In this document: positions 47,954 to 57,447 of the stretch, piece by piece | Numbering within the stretch: position 1 is the stretch's first letter | How the letters are laid out: each line of letters opens with the position of its first letter | Origin: an uncultured delta proteobacterium | Lineage (GTDB): Bacteria; Myxococcota_A; Polyangia; Fen-1088 | Reading direction: 5' to 3' | Length of the DNA: 64,000 bases | Assembly: GCA_963737265.1 (NCBI GenBank) | Contig: CAVTRY010000007.1 | Span: forward strand, 96,001-160,000 | The notes under the pieces: generated by a model | What the model saw: the letters and a program-made list of their open reading frames with translations, nothing else | What the model was told of the DNA's origin: nothing | The model's database searches: none | Program-made: the position numbers and the translations under genes

Positions 47954-49321
47954 ATGTTCAAGAAGCGCGACGTAAACATTCATTTCGTAGGCATCGGCGG
48001 TATCGGTATGTCCGGTATCGCCGAAGTTCTATTGAACCTCGGCTACCAGGTTTCCGGCTCCGACCAGCGCGAAAGCGACGTGACCCGCCGGCTGCAAGCG
48101 CTGGGCGGCCGCATCTTCGTCGGGCATCGCGCCGAGCAGATGCGCAGCGCCGACGTGGTGGTGATTTCCAGCGCGGTAAAGGCCGACAATCCCGAGGTGC
48201 TGGCCGCGCACCGGCGAGACATTCCGGTCATCCCGCGCGCCGAGATGCTGGGCGAGCTGATGCGGGTCAAGGATGGCGTCGCCGTCGCCGGCTCACACGG
48301 CAAGACCAGCACCACGACGATGATCGCCACGATCTTGGCCCAGGCCGGCCTGGATCCCACGGTCATCATCGGCGGCAAGGCCAAGGTGTTCGGCTCGAAC
48401 GCACGCCTCGGGCAGGGCGAAGTGCTGGTGGCCGAAGCCGACGAGTCCGACGGATCCTTTCGTCATCTTCTGCCCATGGTCGCGGTCATCACCAACATCG
48501 ACCGCGAACACATGGATCACTACGGCACCGAGACGGCGTTGCGTGAGGCGTTCCTCGATTTCGCCAACAAGGTTCCTTTTTACGGCGTGGTCGTGGTGTG
48601 CGCGGACAATCCGGCGGCGGCCGCGCTTCTACCCGACTTGCTAAAGCGGCATGTGACCTACGGTCTCTGCGCGGGCGACTACCGCGGCGAGATCCTGTCG
48701 GCCGATGCCCAGGGCACGCGCCTGCGCGTTTCGGTGCGCGGCAAGGTGCGCGGCGACGTGGTCGTGCGCATGCCTGGCATTCACTACGCACAAAACGCGC
48801 TGGCATCGCTGTGCGTGGCCGACGTGTTCGACGTGCCTTTCCAAGCGAGTTGCGAGGCTCTGGCTGGCTTTGGCGGCGTGGACCGGCGCTTTTCCGTGCG
48901 CGGCGAGGCGGCCGGCATCCTGGTGGTGGACGACTACGGCCACCATCCCACCGAAATGGCCGCCACCATTGCGGCGGCCCGGCTGTTTGGCCGGCGCTTG
49001 GTGGTTGCGTTCCAGCCTCACCGCTATACGCGCACCAAGGACCTGATGAAAGATTTCGCGCCCGCGCTGGCTGGCGCCGACGAAATCGTTCTCACGGATA
49101 TTTATCCTGCGGGTGAAGCGCCGATCGTCGGCGCGGACATCCAAACGTTGATGCGCACGTTTCCGCCGAATGAACCCATGACCTACGTTCCACGCAAAGA
49201 CCTGACCAATGATCTGACAGCTCGGCTTAGAAGCGGCGATCTTCTCCTGGTGCTTGGCGCTGGCGATATTACCCAGGTAGCAACTGAGGTACTCGGCCGG
49301 CTCGAGCGCCCAAGGGTGTGA
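47954..49321 (+). CDS. murC: UDP-N-acetylmuramate-L-alanine ligase
   Basis: HFVGIGGIGMSGIA, AGSHGKTSTT, EADESDGSF, DDYGHHPTE, FQPHRYTRT. Confidence 0.98.
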   Translation: MFKKRDVNIHFVGIGGIGMSGIAEVLLNLGYQVSGSDQRESDVTRRLQALGGRIFVGHRAEQMRSADVVVISSAVKADNPEVLAAHRRDIPVIPRAEMLGELMRVKDGVAVAGSHGKTSTTTMIATILAQAGLDPTVIIGGKAKVFGSNARLGQGEVLVAEADESDGSFRHLLPMVAVITNIDREHMDHYGTETALREAFLDFANKVPFYGVVVVCADNPAAAALLPDLLKRHVTYGLCAGDYRGEILSADAQGTRLRVSVRGKVRGDVVVRMPGIHYAQNALASLCVADVFDVPFQASCEALAGFGGVDRRFSVRGEAAGILVVDDYGHHPTEMAATIAAARLFGRRLVVAFQPHRYTRTKDLMKDFAPALAGADEIVLTDIYPAGEAPIVGADIQTLMRTFPPNEPMTYVPRKDLTNDLTARLRSGDLLLVLGAGDITQVATEVLGRLERPRV

Positions 49322-49473
49322 CCTGCTCGCCGCCCGTCGACACTGAATATACGTGAAAAATTTGGCTGGGCGGGCAAGCCGAGCGATCTTGCGTGTGTGC
49401 GCGAAGATGGCGATAGCACTCGGTTGCCAACCCCAGTCTTGGGTGGGGTGAGATCCGCCGGCGCACAAGGGCG

Positions 49474-50451
49474 GTGGCGAGCATGATCGGGCATCCGGCG
49501 GTGCTGGAGGTCGAAACTCCGCGACGCGGGCTCTTTCGCCGCCGACGGGGCAATCGCCGGGCGGTGGTGCAGCGCCGCGGTCTGTTTTCCTTGGTGGCGA
49601 GTGGTGTCAGCAGGGCCGGTCGAACGGGGCTTCGTGTCGTGCGCGTGGCCGCCAAGGTGATCGTGCTCGTGGGTGTGATTGCAGGATGTGTGGTGGGCGG
49701 TCGCTGGGCCTTGCGCCATGTCGTCGATTCCCCGCGTTTCCAGATTCAAGCCATCGATCTCACCGTGCTCGCCGCCATGCCTCACTTTGGGCAGGCCGAC
49801 GCCTTGCGACTTTCCGGCGTCTCCGTCGGTGACAAATTGCTTGGCGTGGACACCGACGGCGTTGCCGCTCGCATCGCCGGCCATCCGTGGGTCGCCAGGG
49901 TGCGGGTCAGCCGGCGCCTGCCTTCCTCGCTCGTCATCGAGGTCGTGGAGAGACGCGCGGTGGCGGTGGCCGCGCTCTCGGGGCTGTACCTGGTCGATGA
50001 AAACGGCCGGCCGTTCAAGCGCGCGAACATGGAGGAGGCGGACGGCCTGCCGGTTTTGACCGGCATCGAGCGGGCCCGCTACGCGCAAATGCCCGAGGTC
50101 AGCGAGGCGGCGTTTCGCGAGGCCTTGGCGGTTTTGAGCGAATACCGCAGCAAGCCCGGCCGTCCCGCCGTGGGTGAGGTCGGCATCGATCCGGGGTTCG
50201 GTTTCTCGCTGCTTCTGCTCGATGGCGGTGCCGAAATTCGCCTCGGCAGGGAAAATTACAGCAAAAAATTGGCGCAACTCGATCAGATCTTCGAAGCTGT
50301 GAGGCAGAAGGAGATGGGGGGACTTTCCGCTCTTCGGATCGTGCACCTCGATCTTCCCGAGAGTGGGCGTGTTCCCGTGCTCCTTCGTTCGAGCGGCACG
50401 GAGCCGTCCATGCCACCCAAACCAGTCACCTTGAAAATAGCCAAAAACTGA
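49474..50451 (+). CDS. ftsQ: Cell division protein FtsQ
   Basis: TM + POTRA (HPWVARVRVSRRLPSSLVIEVVER), LVDENG, LPVLTG; upstream of ftsA. Start uncertain. Confidence 0.9.
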   Translation: MASMIGHPAVLEVETPRRGLFRRRRGNRRAVVQRRGLFSLVASGVSRAGRTGLRVVRVAAKVIVLVGVIAGCVVGGRWALRHVVDSPRFQIQAIDLTVLAAMPHFGQADALRLSGVSVGDKLLGVDTDGVAARIAGHPWVARVRVSRRLPSSLVIEVVERRAVAVAALSGLYLVDENGRPFKRANMEEADGLPVLTGIERARYAQMPEVSEAAFREALAVLSEYRSKPGRPAVGEVGIDPGFGFSLLLLDGGAEIRLGRENYSKKLAQLDQIFEAVRQKEMGGLSALRIVHLDLPESGRVPVLLRSSGTEPSMPPKPVTLKIAKN

Positions 50452-50481
50452 CGGCGCAACGACAAGCAAACGAGCAAGAAC

Positions 50482-51711
50482 ATGGCCAGACGTAGCTCTG
50501 ACATCATCGTTGGACTCGATATCGGCACCACCAAGATCGCGGCGGTGGTGGCTGAAATGGGCGACAGCGGCCTCGACGTCATCGGCGTCGGGACCCATCC
50601 TTCGCGCGGGCTCAAGAAGGGCGTCATCGTCAACATCGACTCGACGGTGGCGGCCATCAAGCAGGCGGTGCTGGAGGCCGAAGGTATGTCCGGCTGTGAG
50701 ATTTCCCAGGTCTACGTGGGCATCGCCGGAGGCCATATCAAGGGCATCAATTCCACCGGCACCGTCGCCGTCAAGGACAAGGAAGTGCGCACGAGCGACG
50801 TCGCCAAGGTGCTCGAGCTGGCGCGCGCCATCGCGCTGCCCGTGGATCGCCACATCGTCCACGTCCTACCCCAGGAATACAAAATCGACGGCCAGGACGG
50901 CGTGCGCGAACCGCTCGGCATGTGCGGCGTTCGCCTGGAAGCACGGGTGCACATCGTTACCGCGGCGGCGGCGGCCATGCAAAACGTGATCAAGTGCTGT
51001 AGCCGTTGCGAGCTCGAAGTGCTCGACATCGTGCTCGAACCGCTTGCTTCGGGCGAAGCGGTGCTCGAAGAGGACGAAAAGGGCCTGGGCGTGGCGCTCG
51101 TCGACATAGGCGGCGGCACCACCGACATCGCGATTTTCACCGAGGGCTCGGTCGCCCACACCAGCGTAATTCCGCTCGGCGGTCACCAGCTCACCAGCGA
51201 CATCGCGTTCGGTCTGCGCACGCCCCCACACGAGGCCGAGAAGATCAAACATCAGTGGGGGTGTGCCCTGGCCAGCATGGTGGCCGAGGACGAAACCATC
51301 CAAGTTGCCTCCGTCGGTGGCCGCGCGCCGCGCGTGCTGTCGCGCCACATGCTCTGCCGCGACATCATCCAGCCTCGCATCGAGGAGATCTTTTCGTTCG
51401 TGAAGGCCGAGATCGCACGCCTGGGTTGCGACGATCTGCTCGCGTCGGGAGCCGTAATCACCGGCGGTTCCACCCAACTTCCCGGCATGGCCGAGCTGGC
51501 CGAGGAAATCCTGGGCATTCCCGTGCGTCTCGGTGTTCCCAAGGGCGTGGGCGGCCTAGCCGACGTGGTCAAGTCGCCGAGCTTCGCCACCGGGGTCGGC
51601 CTGGTCCAGTACGCCTCCGCCCAACAAGCCAACAATGCGCGCAGTGCCAGCGCACCCGTGCGCAACGGCATGTTCGGCCGCCTGCGTCGCGTGCTGTCGA
51701 GCGCCTTCTGA
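50482..51711 (+). CDS. ftsA: Cell division protein FtsA
   Basis: GLDIGTTK, VDIGGGTTD, GGHQLTSDIA, ATGVGL, C-terminal amphipathic helix. Confidence 0.98.
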   Translation: MARRSSDIIVGLDIGTTKIAAVVAEMGDSGLDVIGVGTHPSRGLKKGVIVNIDSTVAAIKQAVLEAEGMSGCEISQVYVGIAGGHIKGINSTGTVAVKDKEVRTSDVAKVLELARAIALPVDRHIVHVLPQEYKIDGQDGVREPLGMCGVRLEARVHIVTAAAAAMQNVIKCCSRCELEVLDIVLEPLASGEAVLEEDEKGLGVALVDIGGGTTDIAIFTEGSVAHTSVIPLGGHQLTSDIAFGLRTPPHEAEKIKHQWGCALASMVAEDETIQVASVGGRAPRVLSRHMLCRDIIQPRIEEIFSFVKAEIARLGCDDLLASGAVITGGSTQLPGMAELAEEILGIPVRLGVPKGVGGLADVVKSPSFATGVGLVQYASAQQANNARSASAPVRNGMFGRLRRVLSSAF

Positions 51712-51795
51712 TGACAGTCATCGATAAGAAAAAACAGCAAAAAATTTGGCGCGACCGGCGTCGCGTGAGATCCCAATAGTCTAGGGAGAGTTCAC

Positions 51796-53349
51796 ATGCT
51801 CGAATTCGACGAACCAAGTCTGGGGCCAAAAATCAAGGTGGTGGGTGTGGGCGGCGGCGGCGGAAACGCAGTCAACACCATGATCGAGGCAGGCATCCAA
51901 GGAGTGGATTTCGTGGCCGCCAACACCGACTGCCAAGTGCTGGAGACCAATCAAGCGCCGACCAAGATTCAGATCGGCAAGGGCCTGACCAAGGGGCTCG
52001 GGGCTGGCGCCAACCCGGACATCGGGTGCGCGGCCGCGCTTGAGGACGCCCAGCGCATTGGCGAGGTGATCGCGGGCGCCGACATGGTTTTCGTTACCGC
52101 TGGCATGGGCGGCGGCACCGGTACCGGCGCGGCGCCGGTGATCGCGCGCGCTGCCCGCGAAATGGGCGCCCTCACCGTCGGTGTGGTCACCAAGCCCTTC
52201 ATGTTCGAGGGTCTTCAGCGCAAGAAGAAGGCCACCGCGGGCATCGCCGAGCTGTCCAAGTCCGTCGACGCGCTTATCGTGATTCCCAACGACCGACTCA
52301 TCGGTCTGGCGGGGAAAAATCTCACCCTGCGCGAATCCTTCAACATGGTCGACAGCGTGTGCCTGACCGCCGTACGTGGCATCAGCGACCTGGTTATGGT
52401 TCCCGGCCTCATCAACGTCGACTTCGCCGACGTGCGATCGATCATGACGGGCATGGGCCGCGCGCTCATGGGGTCGGGCTTTGGCAAAGGCGAGCGACGC
52501 GCGCTCAACGCCGCGCAGATGGCCATCACGTCGCCACTGCTCGAAGACGTTTCGATCAACGGCGCGACCGGCATCTTGGTCAACATCACGGGTGGTCCCG
52601 ATCTGATGTTGTCCGAGGTCAACGAGGCGTGCAGTCTGGTGCATGAGGCCGCCGATCCCGACGCCAACATCATTTTTGGTTCGGTGATCGATCCCAACCT
52701 AACCGACGAGGTCCGCATTACCGTGATTGCCACCGGCTTCCAGAGTCGCATGGCGGTCGAGGCATCCACGTCCTCGGGCAACGCGCGCCCACCGGTAAGG
52801 AAGGCCGCCGAGCATCAAATGACGTTGCCCATGCACAGCCAAGCCGCGCCTACATTTGCTCCGCGGCCGGTGGAAATGCCGATTCAGCCGCACGCGATGG
52901 CCTTTTCGCGCGAAGGCGGAATGGCTTTGCCGGCGGCTCCAGTCTCTGCCAGCGCCGTGACCCCGATTTCGCAACCGGCCGACACGATGGACACGGAAGT
53001 GACCATCGATGAGTCCGATTCCTTCCTCTATCCGCCCTTGCCGTCGCTGATGTCGGCCGCGACGACGCCAGCGCCGCTTTACGCAACGTCGGCACCGGCG
53101 GTGGCTGCGGAGCGTTTCGCCCCGCCGTCGGACTCGCGCCCCGTGATTCGTCCGGCCGTGGCTTCGCCCATCGCCGCCGCATCTGCCACCAGCAGCGCTC
53201 GCCGCGTGACCAGCCATATGCAACCGGGATTGGCAGCCGCTCACCTCGGCATCGAGGAAAGCGAATTCGACAAACCGACCTACCTGCGCCGCGCGCTCGC
53301 GGGTGAAGGCGGCCTCGGCACGCGCTTGCCTGGCGACGGCAAGGCTTAG
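51796..53349 (+). CDS. ftsZ: Cell division protein FtsZ
   Basis: [30 protein letters not shown]; long linker; FDKPTYLRR tail. Confidence 0.99.
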   Translation: MLEFDEPSLGPKIKVVGVGGGGGNAVNTMIEAGIQGVDFVAANTDCQVLETNQAPTKIQIGKGLTKGLGAGANPDIGCAAALEDAQRIGEVIAGADMVFVTAGMGGGTGTGAAPVIARAAREMGALTVGVVTKPFMFEGLQRKKKATAGIAELSKSVDALIVIPNDRLIGLAGKNLTLRESFNMVDSVCLTAVRGISDLVMVPGLINVDFADVRSIMTGMGRALMGSGFGKGERRALNAAQMAITSPLLEDVSINGATGILVNITGGPDLMLSEVNEACSLVHEAADPDANIIFGSVIDPNLTDEVRITVIATGFQSRMAVEASTSSGNARPPVRKAAEHQMTLPMHSQAAPTFAPRPVEMPIQPHAMAFSREGGMALPAAPVSASAVTPISQPADTMDTEVTIDESDSFLYPPLPSLMSAATTPAPLYATSAPAVAAERFAPPSDSRPVIRPAVASPIAAASATSSARRVTSHMQPGLAAAHLGIEESEFDKPTYLRRALAGEGGLGTRLPGDGKA

Positions 53350-53374
53350 GCGAGTCGGGCGCCAGGAGGCCGAC

Positions 53375-53863
53375 GTGGCACGCGGAGGCGGGCGCAAGAG
53401 TCGAACGGACGCGAACAAGTTTCTCGCGCAAAATCGCAAGGCACGTCACACCTACGCCATCGACGAAACCTGCGAGGCAGGGCTGGCGCTGGTCGGCTCC
53501 GAAGTGAAATCGATCCGCGACGGCAAGGTGGCGCTCGTCGATGCCTACGCGGTCATCGAGGGGGGCGAAGCGTGGCTGTGCGAGCTCGACATCGGCGTCT
53601 ATGCCTTTGCCCACGCTCGCAACCATGACCCGCGCCGGCGGCGCAAACTTTTGCTCCATCGAGCTGAAATCGATCGTCTGGCCGACAAGGTGCGCGAGAA
53701 GGGGCTGACGCTGGTGCCGCTGTCACTGTATGAAAAGGACGGACGAGTCAAGGTGGACCTGGCGCTGGTGCATGGCAAGCAGGAATTCGATCGGCGCGAT
53801 GACGTGAAGAAGCGCGAAGCTCAACGCGAGATCGATCGCGGAATGGCCAGCCGGCGTAGGTAG
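53375..53863 (+). CDS. smpB: SsrA-binding protein
   Basis: AGGAGG SD before GTG 53375; NRKARHTY, EAGLALVGSEVKSIR, RKLLLHRAEI. Confidence 0.96.
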   Translation: MARGGGRKSRTDANKFLAQNRKARHTYAIDETCEAGLALVGSEVKSIRDGKVALVDAYAVIEGGEAWLCELDIGVYAFAHARNHDPRRRRKLLLHRAEIDRLADKVREKGLTLVPLSLYEKDGRVKVDLALVHGKQEFDRRDDVKKREAQREIDRGMASRRR

Positions 53864-54055
53864 TCGTGTCATGAGGTTCAGGTTTCAGGCCAAAGTGCAG
53901 GCGCGCGAGTCGGCATGATGTACGCCGAAGATTGCGATCTCCATGCTGCACGATACGGCGACCATTTTCCATCCATCGAGACGGTGATCGCCGCTCTCGA
54001 CCAGACAACCTGGAGCCATGGAGACTGCAGCCTTGGGTTGCGGGTGAAGCCCGCG

Positions 54056-54766
54056 CTACGGATGTGCCGCGGGCGCGCCGGCTTGGCCCAAGGGTTCCTC
54101 CATCCTGTCGATTTGGTCAAGCAAGACTTGGCCAGTGAGAAGACTGGCACGGAGGTGCTCACCGGTGGCGATGCTAATTTCCGGATCCGCGAGCGGACCT
54201 TTGACCACGACCGAGCCATCGAGCACCCAGACCTCCATGGATTGCTCGGTTGGGGTCCACGCGATATCGAACGTGGAGCCCGCGACCGCGACAAGGTAAG
54301 GACCCGCATCCACGACCCAGCGTGCCCCTTTGGTCCGTACGAATCGCGTGTGAAGCTCGCCGCGTTCAAGGTGCACGTGCGCGCCGTGGTCGTCGATGTC
54401 GGTAACGCTGGCGCGAGCGCTTGGTTGCAGCGCCACGAAGGAACCGTCGGAGAAATCGATACGCCCTGCCGTCCGAGGATCGTCGGCGCCTTCGGCGGAC
54501 GTGCCGTCTCCAGTCGCTCTGAACGACAGGTGTCGGGTTCGGTGCACGAGGCCCACCGCGATTGTCGCCAAAACCACCGCGGCGGCGAAGCTCAGACCGA
54601 GAACGAACCAGCGCAGGCGCGGATTCCGCGTGGGCGCGTGCATGCCCTTGGCCAAGCGGTCGAAGACTTCATTTTCGTGGGATGAGAGGCCGTCGGTGAA
54701 CGTCGCTTGTGCCAGCTTTACCAGTCGGTCGACGGACTCGCTGGTGGCTGAACGATTGTCGGTCAA
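54056..54766 (-). CDS. FecR-domain anti-sigma factor
   Basis: TTG start overlapping the sigma stop; single TM; FSDGS.VAL...LERGEL...VDAGPY.VAVAGSTFDIAW...V.VLDGSVVV. Confidence 0.8.
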   Translation of the reverse strand: MTDNRSATSESVDRLVKLAQATFTDGLSSHENEVFDRLAKGMHAPTRNPRLRWFVLGLSFAAAVVLATIAVGLVHRTRHLSFRATGDGTSAEGADDPRTAGRIDFSDGSFVALQPSARASVTDIDDHGAHVHLERGELHTRFVRTKGARWVVDAGPYLVAVAGSTFDIAWTPTEQSMEVWVLDGSVVVKGPLADPEISIATGEHLRASLLTGQVLLDQIDRMEEPLGQAGAPAAHP

Positions 54767-55449
54767 GCGCCTTCCTTGTCGATTCCCGACAGGTAGTCGA
54801 CCAACGCCCCATCCTGTCCAACCCGATGTTCGACCTGCCCGCGGGCGCGGGCCATCTTTCTCTCGGCCGCGGCGAGCGACAGATCGAGGGCCGCCGCCAC
54901 TTCGCCGAGCTCCAAGCCCACGAGAAAACACAGCACAAAAGCGATACGGTCTCCGGCACTCACATCGCTCAGGATGTCATAGAAGCGCGCCAGGGCCCGG
55001 CGCTGCCCTGGATCGGAAAGCCGACCGCGGGCGCTTCGGCCAAGGTTGCGGCCCGCATCCAAGCGCAGCCAACGCCGAATCCGGCATCGGCGCAGCTCGC
55101 GGAGAATGGTATGAACGGTCACTGAAATGACAAGGGCCTCCAGCGAACTCGGCTCGCGCAGCTTGGCCGCCCGCTTGAACACCTTGGCGAAAATCTTCTC
55201 CGCCAAGCCCTCCACATCGGTTGGACGGCCGAGCGATCGCCGCAGGATGAGGTAAACCGGCCCAGCGAAACGCTGCCAAATGACGCGCGGTGCCCGCAGA
55301 TCGCCGGCCCTGAGCGCGTCGACCAGGGCATCGTCATCGGCCTCGATGAGATCCGTGGCGGGCAACACCAAGATTTTGGCGTCGTGCTGTATTTGGGTCA
55401 TCGTGTCGGCGCGCATCGGTTCCTCGCCACTGTGCTCTAAAGCACTCAT
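54763..55449 (-). CDS. ECF sigma factor (divergent)
   Basis: DDDALVDALRAGD..A...IWQRF region 2; RIAFVL...GLELGEVAAALDLS region 4; coupled to FecR. Start uncertain. Confidence 0.8.
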   Translation of the reverse strand: MSALEHSGEEPMRADTMTQIQHDAKILVLPATDLIEADDDALVDALRAGDLRAPRVIWQRFAGPVYLILRRSLGRPTDVEGLAEKIFAKVFKRAAKLREPSSLEALVISVTVHTILRELRRCRIRRWLRLDAGRNLGRSARGRLSDPGQRRALARFYDILSDVSAGDRIAFVLCFLVGLELGEVAAALDLSLAAAERKMARARGQVEHRVGQDGALVDYLSGIDKEGA

Positions 55450-55557
55450 CGGCTCGCTGAATGCAATGTCTCGGCTGGCCCAAAACCTTCAACGACGCGT
55501 CGCATATACGTGCTACGCGCGGTGCGAGAGCTGGTCCACAAACCGGGCCCGAACGCC

Positions 55558-56349
55558 CTACAGCGGTTCGAGGCGCGCGCAGACAACGGTGATGTTGTCG
55601 ATGCCGCCGTTGCTGTTAGCCGACGAGATGAGCCGCTCGCAAAGCTTGTCGAGGTCGCCTTCTTCCACCGCGAGGGCGGCGATATCGGCGTCCGACACCA
55701 TGCCGGATAGGCCGTCGGAACAAAGCACGTAGAGGTCGCCGAGGCGCGGCTGTTCGACGATGACGTCTACCTCGATCGAGGCTTTCATGCCGAGGGCACG
55801 CACGATGACGTTCTTGTGCGGGAAGCTGGCGATTTCGTCCTGCGACAGCCGCTTCATCTTCACGTAGTCGTTGAGCAGCGAATGATCCTCGGTGATCTGC
55901 TCGATCGCGCCTTCGCGGATGCGGTAGAGCCGGCTGTCGCCCACGTGGCAGATGATGAGCACATCGTCGAGAAAAAGCGCCGACACCACGGTGGTACCCA
56001 TGCCGCGGCACTCGGGCTTGCGCTCGGCCTCATCGAAGATGCGCTGGTTGGCAAGCTTGACAGCCGTGACCATGCGGTTGAGGTCGTGGTTGTGGCCGCG
56101 ATCCACCTTGAACGGCCAGGTGAGCTGCTGTTCGCCTTCGGTTTCGCGTAAGTAGCCCACGATGGACTCGACCGCGATGCGGCTGGCGACTTCCCCCGAG
56201 GCGTGGCCGCCCATGCCGTCGGCCACGATGGCCAGGCGCTCGTTCACCGGAAGGTAGAACGAGTCTTCGTTGTGGTCGCGCTTTATGCCGACGTTGGTAT
56301 CGCCTGAAAAGCGGACGCGTTTTCCGTCCATGGGGAAAGACGTGCTCAT
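55558..56349 (-). CDS. PP2C-type Ser/Thr phosphatase (Stp1/Pph1-like)
   Basis: GIKRDHNED, VADGMGGH, GMGTT, HVGDSR, LCSDGL, GGIDNIT. Confidence 0.96.
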   Translation of the reverse strand: MSTSFPMDGKRVRFSGDTNVGIKRDHNEDSFYLPVNERLAIVADGMGGHASGEVASRIAVESIVGYLRETEGEQQLTWPFKVDRGHNHDLNRMVTAVKLANQRIFDEAERKPECRGMGTTVVSALFLDDVLIICHVGDSRLYRIREGAIEQITEDHSLLNDYVKMKRLSQDEIASFPHKNVIVRALGMKASIEVDVIVEQPRLGDLYVLCSDGLSGMVSDADIAALAVEEGDLDKLCERLISSANSNGGIDNITVVCARLEPL

Positions 56350-56412
56350 GGCCTGCTCATGAAAGATCCAATGGTAGCGTTGAGTCGTCGGTGGTTTCAA
56401 CAACCCTTTCGC

Positions 56413-57351
56413 CTAGCAACCCTTAGGCCGGACGATTTCCAGGGCTGGGCCGACCTCGACCGTGACGGTGCCCTGCGCCGAGTAGAGATCCCCATCCAGG
56501 GTGTAAAGCGTTTCCGGCGCCTCGGGTTCGATAACAAGCCGGTCGGCGACGAAGCCCGTGGCGCGTTTGGGTGAAAGGCCGCGGCCCAGCAGGACGTCGA
56601 CCACGTCGAGCAACAGCGAAAGCGGCCCACCGTGAATCGCCACGCCTCCCATTCGCTCCGGGTCGTCGTCGGCGCGGTGGTTTAGCTTAAAGCGGAAACC
56701 GATCTCCGAGACCGTGCCCACTCCGATGCCGGTCCAGTCCGTCCGCTTGAGAGATGTCCCGTCGATGTGCACCCGGCCGCGGAAGCGGCGGAAGATACGG
56801 CGTGCGTAGCGGCGCGCGGTGAGGAGCGAAAGCAGGGTGCGAAAGACGATCCACGCTGCGCGCCAGACGCCGTAGCTACCGCGGGCGTAGTACTCCTCGA
56901 GAAAATTCGTCAAGAGGCCATTGCCGAAAATGAAGCCATAGTCGCTTCCAATCCGCAAGCAGTGGCGGCGAAGGGTGGTGGGGATGGCGCCCGCGCGATG
57001 GCTGGCAGCCAGCTCGGCGAGCAGATTCTCCGGCCTGACTCGGATGCCAAGCGACGAAGCCACCACATTCATGGTGCCCCCAGGAAGGATCGCGACGGGG
57101 GGCAAGGGGCGCGTTTCATACGCTGCCACGAGCGCCGAGAGCGTCCGTTGAAGTGTCCCGTCGCCCCCATGAATGCCAATCACCGAAGGCAACTCCGCGG
57201 CTGCCCGACGAGCTTCCGCGGCCAACAATTCGAGGCTGGCCGGCGCGGCGACGCGCCCACTTTCGCCCAGGATGCGCGCAAATCGGTCGGCGCAGCCCGG
57301 ATCCTTGCGGTTGGCTCGGGAGCCGGGATTGACAAAAACCAACACAGCCAC
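56413..57351 (-). CDS. Diacylglycerol/lipid kinase family protein
   Basis: VNPGS, GGDGT, LPGGTMN, LDGD. Confidence 0.9.
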   Translation of the reverse strand: MAVLVFVNPGSRANRKDPGCADRFARILGESGRVAAPASLELLAAEARRAAAELPSVIGIHGGDGTLQRTLSALVAAYETRPLPPVAILPGGTMNVVASSLGIRVRPENLLAELAASHRAGAIPTTLRRHCLRIGSDYGFIFGNGLLTNFLEEYYARGSYGVWRAAWIVFRTLLSLLTARRYARRIFRRFRGRVHIDGTSLKRTDWTGIGVGTVSEIGFRFKLNHRADDDPERMGGVAIHGGPLSLLLDVVDVLLGRGLSPKRATGFVADRLVIEPEAPETLYTLDGDLYSAQGTVTVEVGPALEIVRPKGC

Positions 57352-57447
57352 GAGGGTGCTACTTTACACGATGACCATGAGCGCAGCATTTGTGTTGACA
57401 CGACTGGGATTGCGGCCAATACATGCCCCGAGTCTACGGCGTAACCG

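Noticed and set aside
49183-50862. 559-aa minus-strand ORF across ftsQ/ftsA
   Set aside because: Antisense shadow of conserved division genes.
53864-54055. tmRNA next to smpB
   Set aside because: Too short and lacks the GGGG..G 5' end and TPsiC/CCA 3' end.
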